Origin: Jimgerdemannia flammicorona
Lineage: Eukaryota
Assembly: GCA_003990765.1 (NCBI GenBank)
Contig: RBNJ01000327.1
Location: 1-32,948 of the forward strand
Direction of reading: 5' to 3'
DNA length: 32,948 nt
In this document: piece after piece, positions 1 to 9,567 of the stretch
Layout: each line of letters opens with the position of its first letter
How positions within the stretch are numbered: position 1 is the stretch's first letter
Made by a program: the position numbers and the translations under genes
The notes under the pieces: generated by a model
Told to the model about the DNA's origin: nothing
Databases searched by the model: none
The model's input: only the letters and a program-made list of their open reading frames with translations

Positions 1-1345
1 TTTTTTTTTATAGTCACTTGGACTTCTCTCTTAATTAATATACCTATCTATCTCCTAAATAATATACAGTGCCTAATCCTATCTGATCTCCCTAGGGCCT
101 CTCCCCCCCCTCCCCACCCCAACTCAATGAAAGACTACTTTGTCTAATACTATCTCCATCTATCTACTACTCTGTTCACATATCCCTTCCACCAGACAGT
201 GATGTTACCCACCCTGGAGACCCCAACACATCCACCACCCAGTCAGCAGATCTCCCATCAACCCCTCCTACCTTAACAACTTCTTCTGTAAGCCTATCTG
301 TTGCCCCTCTTCAAAAACAAAGAGCCAATATCCAGCCAGTCCAACCCATACTGCTAAAATCCACCCTACAGTGAGCCAACCATTGCCCACCCCATCCACT
401 AGTTGAGATTTCAAATCCTCCCAGTGACCTCTCTCTTTATCTGGCCTTCTCTCCACACTCAGCCTATTCCCTACTGCTATCCAAAAATCCCCCAGAACCT
501 CACACTCTCCTAGCCAATGTTCAGGCATTTGCACAAATCCCCCAACCTACCATACATCATAATACTCTTCACAGTTCAATTGGCCACCTTCCACCAGATG
601 CCTGGTATGGAAATTCAACATAATGTTCCTCTGTAACATCCACCATCATACCACTCAGAACTTGGGAGGAAGCCACCTCTGTACCTCAGTACACCATGAC
701 CAGACATCTGCACAGTCCCACTCCTTGCCAATCCTCACTGCCTGCCAGCCACTTGGCTAAAGATCCTGGCCAAGACCCTGCTGATACTCCACTCCATCCC
801 CAAGATCAAACTCAGTAAGCAGAACACCCCCCAGAAGCAGTCTGTCCCATCGCCGCATAGCTGGACCCCACAGCATCTCCCCCTCATTGTCTCATCAGTG
901 TAGACCTATCCAGTGTACACCATCTACCACCCCCCACCAGAAGCCCCTAAACTGTAACTTTTGACTCCTATTTAGCTCCACCAGAGAGAGTAAATCTCCT
1001 GAGAACCCTTGAGGAGAGAATCTCATCTCCCACACCTACAGTATCAGCAGCACCCAACTTCCTCCCTGCAGTTCAACAGCTCTTTTCAACCACCAGGCTC
1101 GCAGGCAGTACAACCTCTTAAGGAAATTGACAAGATCTAGTCCTCTCCTAGCCACTGGAGTTGCAAGGGTATTCCAACTGATCTGGAACCCTCTCTCTGC
1201 CCAAATCCAACCTCTAACCATCTTCATCAGCCTCTTCACCACCCAAGCTGGAAAGTCTAAGTAGTAGGCCATGTACCATAGCTTGGGGAATCAGTAAACA
1301 TTCAGAATTGTCACCTGCCCTACCAGGGAGATATAGCGACCCCCC
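1..1345 (-). mobile_element. 3' fragment of an L1/Tx1-like LINE (post-RT part of ORF2, 3' UTR and probable poly(A) tail), pseudogenised
   Basis: The minus-strand ORF remnants 1036-1272 (AYYLDFPAWVVKRLMK...ISWNTL...GLDLV) and 268-534 (EHWLGEC...DFW) align by eye with the + strand LINE at about 11960-13180. The T-run at 1-9 reads as poly(A) on the minus strand, though it coincides with the window edge. Confidence 0.8.
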
Positions 1346-1547
1346 CATCCTTTATGTTTGATGACACAGAGTAAAACAGATGTCACATCTTGATCAGTAT
1401 GAGTAGGAGAGCTTACATATCAGCCAAAAAATATATTACTGACTTTCACTATGTTTTGTTCAAAATGAAATCCAGTAAGTCTAAAATGTATCCTAGATTG
1501 ACCCAGATTCCACTGACCTCTATCTATTCTAGGTAATTTCAAAACTG

Positions 1548-1730
1548 ATGAAGTCAGAGATACTAAGGATGTCAAGAATGCCAAAGTTGAGAATGCCAGA
1601 GATGTCAGAGATATCAGAGATACTGGGGATGCTGAGGATGCTGAGAATGCTAGAGATGTCAGAGATGCTGGGAATGCCAAGGATGCTGGAGATACTGAGA
1701 AAACCAAGGATACCAAGGATACTGGGATAC
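1548..1730 (+). repeat. Degenerate 9-bp tandem repeat (GAT-RYY-RRR-like) encoding D-x-x tripeptides in one frame
   Basis: gat gtc aga gat atc aga gat act ggg gat gct gag gat gct gag aat gct aga..., about 20 units. Confidence 0.8.
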
Positions 1731-2730
1731 TCTCTGAAATTTCCTCAGAAGATAAACAGTAGGGAGCATTGAATTGGTCAAAAATTGGAAATTTATCACC
1801 ACATCTAGCAAGAAGTATTGAAAAGAAGTAAAGCTATCTCTATAATAGCTATTTTGTATTCCTCTCATTTATCTTGTTTAATTTTTGATTTAAAATTATT
1901 AAGAGGTGTGATATTGTAATATATCTCTCTAGCAAAGTATAGTCAGCTGACATATAAGATCCAGTTCCAGCTTGAGCTTTGCCACACAATTCAGCTTTCC
2001 AAACTTTGAATATCTTCTTACAAATATCCATCAAAACCTGGCTTACTTGATCTCTCAACATCCTCCTCTAAATGATGAGAACAACTTCCTCTATATCAGT
2101 ATCCAAGAGAATATAATTATGATACAAATTTAGAATGCCAGCTGACAAGCTAGAGGACTCCAAAATCATTGCAGTTCAAAAATTATTTTGGCACCCTTTT
2201 TCTGAAAACTTGACAGAATATTACCATGACCAAAGAGGAAGAGAGACCTGGCTAATAGTGTGATGGAGCTGACAGTAGTACTATTGCTTAAGAAGTTGAT
2301 CTCAGAGTTTACTATAACCTTGTATTTCTGGAGCTTGGCAGTGATAGCAAGGATGGTTCTGAGGCTTATCTCTAAGCAGGTGGCTGGGGCTATCTCAGTG
2401 AAGTTCCTGAAGGGTCTGGAGGGGGTTGAGGTGGGCTTTAAGATAGCAGGCCCACTGGAGGAAGCATTGAAGATAGGAGTAACTGTAGAAAAAGTGGTGG
2501 TCTCTATGGTATACTGTTTGAGGTGAGACCCCAGAGTAGTTCAGATCTACCATATAAAGGTTGAGACAAGGAGGAAGATTGAAGAGATTATGGCAGAGTA
2601 TAGTAATGTAGTTGATATTGGATTTCAGATGGAAAAGGGAACCACCTTTAGGATAGGGGATATTGATATCAGGATTAGACTGGCTGGGAGAGAGGCCACT
2701 GAAAAGCTGAGCACCTGGCCTTTGTTGCTG

Positions 2731-2965
2731 ATCAATGTTTTTGCCGTAATGTTGATCTATGCTAGGGAGGCGTAACTATACTACGTTTTGCATAATGTCA
2801 ACTACGCTATGCTCACGTGATGTCAGTCTTCGTGATAAAACACCAATAACCCTGTGTCACCGAAGTGACCATACATCACCCCGAAATCCTAGGAAAGAAA
2901 CCTCAAATAAATGATCGATTGTTCTGTATTTGGGTGGAAACACATGGTATAAAAGACCGGCCCAA
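2731..2965 (-). repeat. Split direct repeat B2 (235 bp), 3' terminus of the Ngaro element
   Basis: Matches 3247-3481 with 9 substitutions by manual alignment, all transitions. Confidence 0.95.
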
Positions 2966-2999
2966 CCACTATGTATATATATATAGGGTGAGGTGGGTG

Positions 3000-3248
3000 G
3001 TAATGAAATGCGTACGAATGTACAGAAGCGCAAAAGCGTAAGTGTAAAGCGCGTACAAAGTAATGTTGGGTGAATGGTAGAATTACATATAGAAGTAATG
3101 TGCCTACTGTGCTAGTACCAAAAAAGGAAAGACTATGCCTGATTTAGAAACGCCTTAGACAAACAATGGCGTTGAAACATTTTTGGGTGCTATACGCCCA
3201 AGACCTTCCTGCATTCATTGACCTGAGGTCTCGAGCGAGCCCCCTCAT
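3000..3248 (-). repeat. Split direct repeat A2 (249 bp)
   Basis: Matches 8193-8441 with 13 substitutions by manual alignment, 12 of them transitions. Confidence 0.95.
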
Positions 3249-3481
3249 CAATGTTTTTGCCGTAATGTCGATCTACACTAGGGAGGCGTAACTATACTAC
3301 GTTTTGCATAATATCAACTATGCTATGCTCACGTGATGTCAGTCTTCGTGATAAAACACCAATAACCCTGTGTCACCGAAGTGACCATACATCACCCCGA
3401 AATTCTAGGAAAGAAACCTCAAATAAATGATCGATTGTTCTGTATTTGGGTGGAAACACACAGTATAAAAGACCGACCCAA
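3247..3481 (-). repeat. Split direct repeat B1 (235 bp), sharing an AT dinucleotide with A2 and forming the internal end-to-end junction
   Basis: The + strand reads ...gagccccctc AT caatgtttttgcc..., which fuses the element's two termini. Confidence 0.95.
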
Positions 3482-3661
3482 ATGTTATATGTAAAATGTG
3501 CGGGATGATGATGTGTAGCAGTGTGAGTTGGCAGCGCCGAAAGAAAGAACTCGGCCCAAATGAAGTAAAAAGGGGGTTATGGATGTGGAAATGTGAGGGG
3601 AGTAGATGATAGAAAGGCGCCGAAGGCTTAATAGAAAGGCCGCGCCCAATGTCGATGATAT

Positions 3662-4028
3662 GGCTGGTGTCGCGAGCCGCACGGTTAAAACCGAGGGCAG
3701 GTGTCGCAAATCATGCGACAGCCAAGAAGCTGATTTAACGAGCCCAGCAATCGAGGGATAGAACTGGTGTCGCGAGTTGTATGGGGGTCTGAGTAGGCTG
3801 GTGTCACGAGCTGCACGATAACGAAAAGAAGGAGGGCTGGTGTCGCGAGCCGCGCAATGTCAGAAAAAGGTTGGTATCGTGAACTACATGGTGGCAAGAG
3901 GCTGAGGTGGGTTGATTAAAGGCTGGTGTCGTGAGCCGCGCGGTGATGTAAGGCCGATGAGGAGAGGTAAAGGCTGGTGTCGCGCGCCGCGCAGGACCCG
4001 GAATAAGCTGGTGTCGCGGGCTACGCGG
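3662..4028. repeat. Array of 9-10 copies of a 23-bp motif (ggctggtgtcgcgagccgcgcgg) with variable spacers, in the Ngaro 3' non-coding region
   Basis: Copies start at about 3662, 3696, 3728 (very degenerate), 3762, 3796, 3835, 3869, 3921, 3972 and 4006. Confidence 0.85.
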
Positions 4029-4053
4029 TAGAAAAAAAAGGAACGGGAAATCG

Positions 4054-5118
4054 TTAACCACAAGTAATATGAGTAACAGAATAAGTATTACGAGTTAACG
4101 AAGCCCGAAGGTGGAGAATGCAAGAAATAGGCATGTGAATATAGCCTTTAAATGCCACGCTCTCCCACCGACCCAACATCTGAATCTCGTAATCAGATAA
4201 ACTGGCCGCAGCGGCATTGGATGTTGCACCAATCCGAAAACTATGCCCAGCATAAAGAAGCAGATTCAGACCAATCCGTGGAAGTAACACGCAAAGACGA
4301 CTAACGAGATAGGCCCGAGAGAACGATCGATTCGCGGAACGCCAGGACAGAGGGGTGTCGGGTGGGGCTGGGTGCGCCAGGTAAAGAAGGCGAAGTAAGG
4401 ATACAACGCATGGCGCGGCGGGATCCGTTTTGGTGATAAAAAGTGTTGCACTCTGGCGAAACGGGTCTGTTTTAGAGGCCGGCAGGGTGAGCGTAATATG
4501 GGTGGGGTTGGCAATGCTAGGTTGAAAGACCACAGAGCCGCAGGACAGCTGGGAAATGGGATCGAAAGACCCGTCCCATGTAAATTCGCTGGAGCAAAGA
4601 AAGCCGACATATGCAAGCGACATCGCGGTTGCAAGATGCAGATCATCATAATTAGATAGCCGAAGCAAACTGATAAGACTGTGAAGAATACCAAGCGTGA
4701 TAGGAAGCCGAGGTCGAGTTGGGCATATGCCTAGCCACCGCTTCACGCCACACATCACTCGGGGAAGTTGGTGAAGACCGATGAATGGATCGGCAAAACC
4801 GGAGTCGATGTGTAGAGAACGAACAGCTGAGAGGTAACATTTGATTGTGGATGGTTGAAGCCGTCGCAAGGCCAAGCTACAGACCCACCGCATTAGCACC
4901 AGTTCGGATGCAGGCAAAGGCCCGCCGGAGGCATGATTACCGCCGTGGAGATTACAGAATTGGAGGAAGCTGCGTTGTCCCGAAGAGTATGAGCGGCGCG
5001 TTGATTTTGCCAGTCCGAACCACAAAAAGAAGGCAACGACGGGTGGAAGCGCGGAATGCAAATGATACCAATCGCGCTCGGGAGCGTCTGAGCGTAAGGG
5101 GCAAGACGACGGAAACAA
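4054..5118 (-). CDS. Tyrosine recombinase of the Ngaro element; first catalytic Arg appears mutated to Cys
   Basis: Motifs GLAKSTRRSY, PSTIKCYLSAVRSLH, RLPIT, GFL(C)SSEF, SKTDPF, GHSFRIGA and LGRWES...Y are present. The ORF overlaps the RNase H C-terminus in another frame and has no ATG at its start. Confidence 0.92.
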   Translation of the reverse strand: MFPSSCPLRSDAPERDWYHLHSALPPVVAFFLWFGLAKSTRRSYSSGQRSFLQFCNLHGGNHASGGPLPASELVLMRWVCSLALRRLQPSTIKCYLSAVRSLHIDSGFADPFIGLHQLPRVMCGVKRWLGICPTRPRLPITLGILHSLISLLRLSNYDDLHLATAMSLAYVGFLCSSEFTWDGSFDPISQLSCGSVVFQPSIANPTHITLTLPASKTDPFRQSATLFITKTDPAAPCVVSLLRLLYLAHPAPPDTPLSWRSANRSFSRAYLVSRLCVLLPRIGLNLLLYAGHSFRIGATSNAAAASLSDYEIQMLGRWESVAFKGYIHMPISCILHLRASLTRNTYSVTHITCG

Positions 5119-6734
5119 GGAAGATCAGCATGGGATAAAGCATCAGCAATGCCGTTATCGGACGTTGAGATGAATATGGCGCGAAGTTGAAAAGCGTGAT
5201 GTGCCATTTGAAAATAGAGCTGGTGGAGAAGTTCCAGCAGAAGAGGGTTGCATGAAGAGCCTGAGTTGATAATAGCGATGACCGCCTGATTATCAGAATG
5301 AAGCAATATACGGTGAAAACGCCATTGAGTGCCCCAGGTAGCAGCAGCAGTGACCACAGCGTAAAGTTCCTTGAACTGAATGTCGCGTGAGGCTATATCA
5401 GGAGGCCAGGGAGCAGAAAACCATTCACTATTGAAATGTGCACCAAAGCCTTGGATCCCGCTGGCGTCTGTCCATAATTGTGCATCAGGCTCGTGGAACC
5501 ATGCCACCAGATGTATAATGGAAATACCATTCCAGTGGGGTAGGAATTCGAGCCACCAACGAATGTTGGCGTAGAATTCCTCATTCAGTGAGATATGGAA
5601 TGAGGCGTTACCGGAAAGAAGGTTGATAAACCGCCGCAGGAATGGGCGGCCCGGCAGAATGATTTTACAGGCAAATGCCAAGGAACCAATAAGAGACTGC
5701 AGTTGAGGGCGTGTACATAACGTGCGCAATAGCCACTGCTGAAGAGTAGCGAGCAATGTGTCAAGCTTGCCGAGAGGCAGGCGGGCTTCCATAGCCATTG
5801 TATCCAATTCAATGCCCAGAAAGATGAGTGACATTGTCAGGCCTTCGACCGTGTGCTCTTGAATCGACCAGCCGAGATGACGACAGATGGCAAGAAGTAA
5901 ACGTAGGTCGGAGAGAGCAAACGGCCGGAGTGGCGGTGAAACGAGGAGAAAATCGTCGACGTAGTGGATGAGCATGCATATGTCATGACAGTGGGCGATC
6001 CATGCGAGAAGTTCCGCGAAAAGGTTGAAAAGAAATGGTAACGAGGATGCACCAAAAGGAGCGAACCGATCGAAATAAAACTGCCCCGACCACTCAAAAC
6101 CCAGCAACTCCCAATCCGTAGGATGGATGAGAATATGATGATATGCATCGGTGAGGTCGACCTTCGATAGAAGACATCCCTGGCCAAAACGACGAACCAA
6201 GTCCAAAGCCTCGTCGAACTTAATGTAAGAGAGCCGGAAGGTGTCGGTATCTATGCTGGCATTCACCGAATCGCCGTGACGGGGCCAAGAAAGGTTGTGA
6301 ATACGACGCCATGCGCTATTAGAATTCTTCTTCGTGACGGCGCCGAGAGGAGATGAGCGAAAGCATTCGAACGGAGGGGATGAGAACAGGCCACAAATTC
6401 TACCGGTGGTGACTTTCCACTCAATGTCAGATGTGATCACTTCCGGGTGGTCGAGAGCAGAGCGATGATTATAGGACAGCAGGCACCGACGAGCCCCATC
6501 AAAGCCGAGAAGAGTGCCTTGAGTAATAGCAGCGATGGCAGCCTGAGCTACCCACGGGGCAGGATACAACTGGAGCTCACGCGCCCATGCGACAGGGCGA
6601 AGAGCAGAAGAAGGAAGAGGAAAACGACGTAGAATGTCTTGAGCAGCTTCGTTGAGAGGGGCAGTAAATGGGCGACGGAGTAGGGTATTTGGAGTGGCCG
6701 GGGGTATGTGTAAAGAATAAACGGGGGTGAGTTC
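4893..6734 (-). CDS. pol: Reverse transcriptase / RNase H (pol) of the Ngaro element
   Basis: RT motifs are WRRIHNLS, KVDLTDAY, PFG, YVDD and FLG. RNase H motifs are TDAS, KELYAV, SDN and NGIADALS. The frame stays open upstream of the track's TTG at 6569 to the gag TAG at 6735-6737. Confidence 0.93.
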   Translation of the reverse strand, partial: ELTPVYSLHIPPATPNTLLRRPFTAPLNEAAQDILRRFPLPSSALRPVAWARELQLYPAPWVAQAAIAAITQGTLLGFDGARRCLLSYNHRSALDHPEVITSDIEWKVTTGRICGLFSSPPFECFRSSPLGAVTKKNSNSAWRRIHNLSWPRHGDSVNASIDTDTFRLSYIKFDEALDLVRRFGQGCLLSKVDLTDAYHHILIHPTDWELLGFEWSGQFYFDRFAPFGASSLPFLFNLFAELLAWIAHCHDICMLIHYVDDFLLVSPPLRPFALSDLRLLLAICRHLGWSIQEHTVEGLTMSLIFLGIELDTMAMEARLPLGKLDTLLATLQQWLLRTLCTRPQLQSLIGSLAFACKIILPGRPFLRRFINLLSGNASFHISLNEEFYANIRWWLEFLPHWNGISIIHLVAWFHEPDAQLWTDASGIQGFGAHFNSEWFSAPWPPDIASRDIQFKELYAVVTAAATWGTQWRFHRILLHSDNQAVIAIINSGSSCNPLLLELLHQLYFQMAHHAFQLRAIFISTSDNGIADALSHADLPCFRRLAPYAQTLPSAIGIICIPRFHPSLPSFCGSDWQNQRAAHTLRDNAASSNSVISTAVIMPPAGLCLHPNWC

Positions 6735-8186
6735 CTAGGGACAAGACGATGGATTGTGGGAGAATCGATACCACGGATGATCACCATTGCAGTGAGAACA
6801 GGAATGCACATAAGGGCATCCTTTTCTATTGCACCCAGGATCCTTCATGGGTGATCCATCAAATAGAATGCCGTTGTATGCCTGACAAGTAGACCGTTGA
6901 GAGGCTTTCTCGGTAGATGAAGCAGAGGAGCCATCAGTAAGGCGTAGCCCCTGTTGTATGTTGCGAGACTTGAAGGGCTTAAGCGGATTAGATGTAGAGG
7001 TCGGAGTTCGCGGACATTGATGTAGACTAAGGATCATAAAGAGGTCGGGGTCGCGCCGGGCCCAGTGCTCGCACCATACCAAAGAAACACTGTCGTTCGC
7101 AATCTCTGCCAGTTGTTTTGTGTGAAAGGAGACATAATAATCGAGAAGCGCGGACCAATACGACGACGTTGATAGTAAAATAAAATCCGTGGCGTATGAA
7201 AAGAATGGAGTAGGATCGGTGAGGCCCGGGTACGCATCATGAAGAATGCTGAAATACGTAAGCAGGGCAGCAAGGAAAGCAGGGACGTCTGGAAGATCTT
7301 TGATAAGGGATGGTGGCTTTCGAAGAATGATCCGGGCACCTGATTCGTCAAACATTTCGATAAATTGAGCATCAGGAAGACTACCAATAGAAACGACATT
7401 TCGCTCCAAGAAACGGCCGAGTGACATGGCGGTGAACGAATTGTCGACGACTGCGGCCAATAGCCGTTGATTAACATGGGCTTATTTTAAAGAGAGATTG
7501 ACGCCTCGGACAACGGTATGGGCAGAGATGACAGAAGGAGGTATAGGGATGGACTCACCCTGGGGATTACCGGTAGGGCCGTGAATGCCGGTGGACCGAA
7601 CCGAAGGGATAGTCGGTAAGGGCTGGAATGAGGATGGGGATGCGAGAACCGCCGAAAGAGAGGCAGTAGCGCGATCGATAAAGGCTTGATCGATGATAGG
7701 AGATGCGTCCTGACCAGAAACGGCAGGAACTGCACTAGCCAGTGCCGCCGAAGATACGATGTTGGGGCGAGAGCGTAAGAGCTGAAAAAGTTCATCGAAC
7801 CGACGGTCTTGCGCGGATGCATGCTCTTGAAGCTGAGCAACGCTGGCTTCGATGGAAACATCAGAGGCCGGTGTGCTGAAAAAAGCTGGTCCGGCTGCCG
7901 TAGCGCTAGCGGGAGCCTTGGATGTAGCATGCGCCGATAGACGCGTGATTCGGCGGAGTGCGGAAGTAGAGTGATTAGAGAGGGTGGCAAGATAATCCAC
8001 GAGGATAGCAACATCGGGGTTCTCGCTATCAGATTCCAGGTCGTCTTGCAGAAAACGGAGCACACACTCGATGAAATTAACATCCGAGCGGAAAGGGCAG
8101 GTGGCAGAGCCCAGGTCATGTTGGCCCTTCGACATATGGGAAGGGTCGTATCGACACAAAAGGCAGGAATTTGCGGAGAGGACCAT
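6735..8186 (-). pseudogene. gag: gag-like ORF1 of the Ngaro element with one in-frame TAA (7482-7484)
   Basis: Track ORFs 7482-8303 and 6735-7460 share one frame (...NLSLK*AHVNQRLLAAVVD...). The likely ATG is at 8186. There is an N-terminal CLLC...H...C motif and a C-terminal Cys/His cluster (CQAYN...CNRKGCPYVHSCSHCNGDH) typical of DIRS/Ngaro gag. Confidence 0.8.
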
Positions 8187-8192
8187 GGTAAT

Positions 8193-8441
8193 GTAATGAA
8201 ATGCGTACGAATGTACGGAAGCGCAAAAGCATAAGTGTAAAGCGCATACGAAGTAATGTTGGGTGAATGGTAGAATTACATATAGAAGTAATGCGCCTAC
8301 CACGCTAGTACCAAAAAAGGAAAGACTACACCTGATTTAGAAACGCCTTAGACAAACAATGGCGTTGAAACATTTTTGGGTGCTATATGCCTAAGACCTT
8401 CCTGCATTCATTGACCTGTGGTCTCGAGCGAGCCCCCTCAT
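8193..8441 (-). repeat. Split direct repeat A1 (249 bp), 5' terminus of the Ngaro element
   Basis: Matches 3000-3248. Confidence 0.95.
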
Positions 8442-9567
8442 TATGAGAGGCCTTTATTAGTAAGGTGTCAAGGGTGAAAGGGAGTGAGGAGGAGGAGGAG
8501 GATCTGTTGGAAGCTTTAGAATAGATAAGCAGTACAGTGAAGCAGAGAGCAAAGGCCTGGAAGATGTATATAGAGTTAATACATTTGGAGATTATAGATG
8601 AGAAACATATCTACACTGATAAGAGGTAGTGGGAGAAGACTCAGGGGTGCAAGAGGCAGAGAGAGTTGTTGGCGAGCCTGGAAGGAAGGGTAAAGTAGAA
8701 TGTGGGTAGCATTGAGGAGTCTGGGGGTGCTAAAGTGAGTGTCTGGACCAGTAATGGAGGAGGGAATATCAAGGAGGGTCAGGTTGTAGCTGGGAAGCTA
8801 CTGCATAATGACCCATATATAAATGGTACATTTAAAGTCTGGGAACAGGACTTGGATGGTACTCCCTCTCTTGTCAGATGAGGTCCTGCTGTGAGGAGCT
8901 GGGCAGTGGAGAATGTGCTGATGCATGGCACCCAGTGAGTTCATTTTGGAGTTTCAGACATAGTGAAAGGGGGTTAGGTGGTGATAGTTGGTGAGGATGA
9001 GCTGGTGGATAAGACAGAGGAGGAGTGGGATTAGACTATAAGTGCAGAAGCAGATACCACAATGCTGAGTGCAGGAAGACCAGCATCTCTGGGAGGTAAG
9101 GAGGTAGAAAACATACTGTGGATGAGCCAGATGATGAATAACTTTGCAGCTGAAGAGTTGGGAGAAGTAGACCTGAGGGTGATAAGTGGAGAGCATTGGG
9201 TATGAATTCTGCATAGTAATGGGTTGGTGGAGGCACTAAAGGCTGAGGTACTTGTGATTTTTCTAGAAAAGGAGCAGTATGAGGTTGATAAGGAAAGTGA
9301 GGCTGAGCTGGCAATTGTTACTAGTGAGCAGGCTGCACACTATTAGGCAGAGCATCATGGATTGCAGCTCTGGCAGGAGGCCTGTCTAGAGTATTGGAAG
9401 GAGTTCAAGGAGAAGGAGCATGGGGAGATGGCTGAACTTCTGGTTGGATTGGAGGCAAAGATGGCTGTAGAGGAGGAAGTAGATGCTAAACATAACTTGG
9501 ACATAGCAAGGAAGGTAATGAATGTGGATTTGTAGAGGATGAGCAGTACTTCTAAACATTATTCCTA

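Larger units (their letters stand above)
2731..8441 (-). mobile_element. Ngaro-type (DIRS order) tyrosine-recombinase retrotransposon, full length (5711 bp)
   Basis: gag, RT/RNase H and YR ORFs lie on the minus strand. Split direct repeats occur in element order A1 (8441-8193), ORFs, B1 (3481-3247), A2 (3248-3000), B2 (2965-2731). The flanks rejoin into LINE ORF1. Confidence 0.95.

Noticed and set aside
1420..1772. Hydrophobic or low-complexity ORFs on both strands
   Set aside because: They are alternative-frame translations of the 9-bp repeat.
3662..4028. CRISPR-like repeat-spacer appearance
   Set aside because: Spacers are mostly about 11 bp and irregular, the repeats are degenerate, there are no cas genes, and the array lies inside a eukaryotic retrotransposon.
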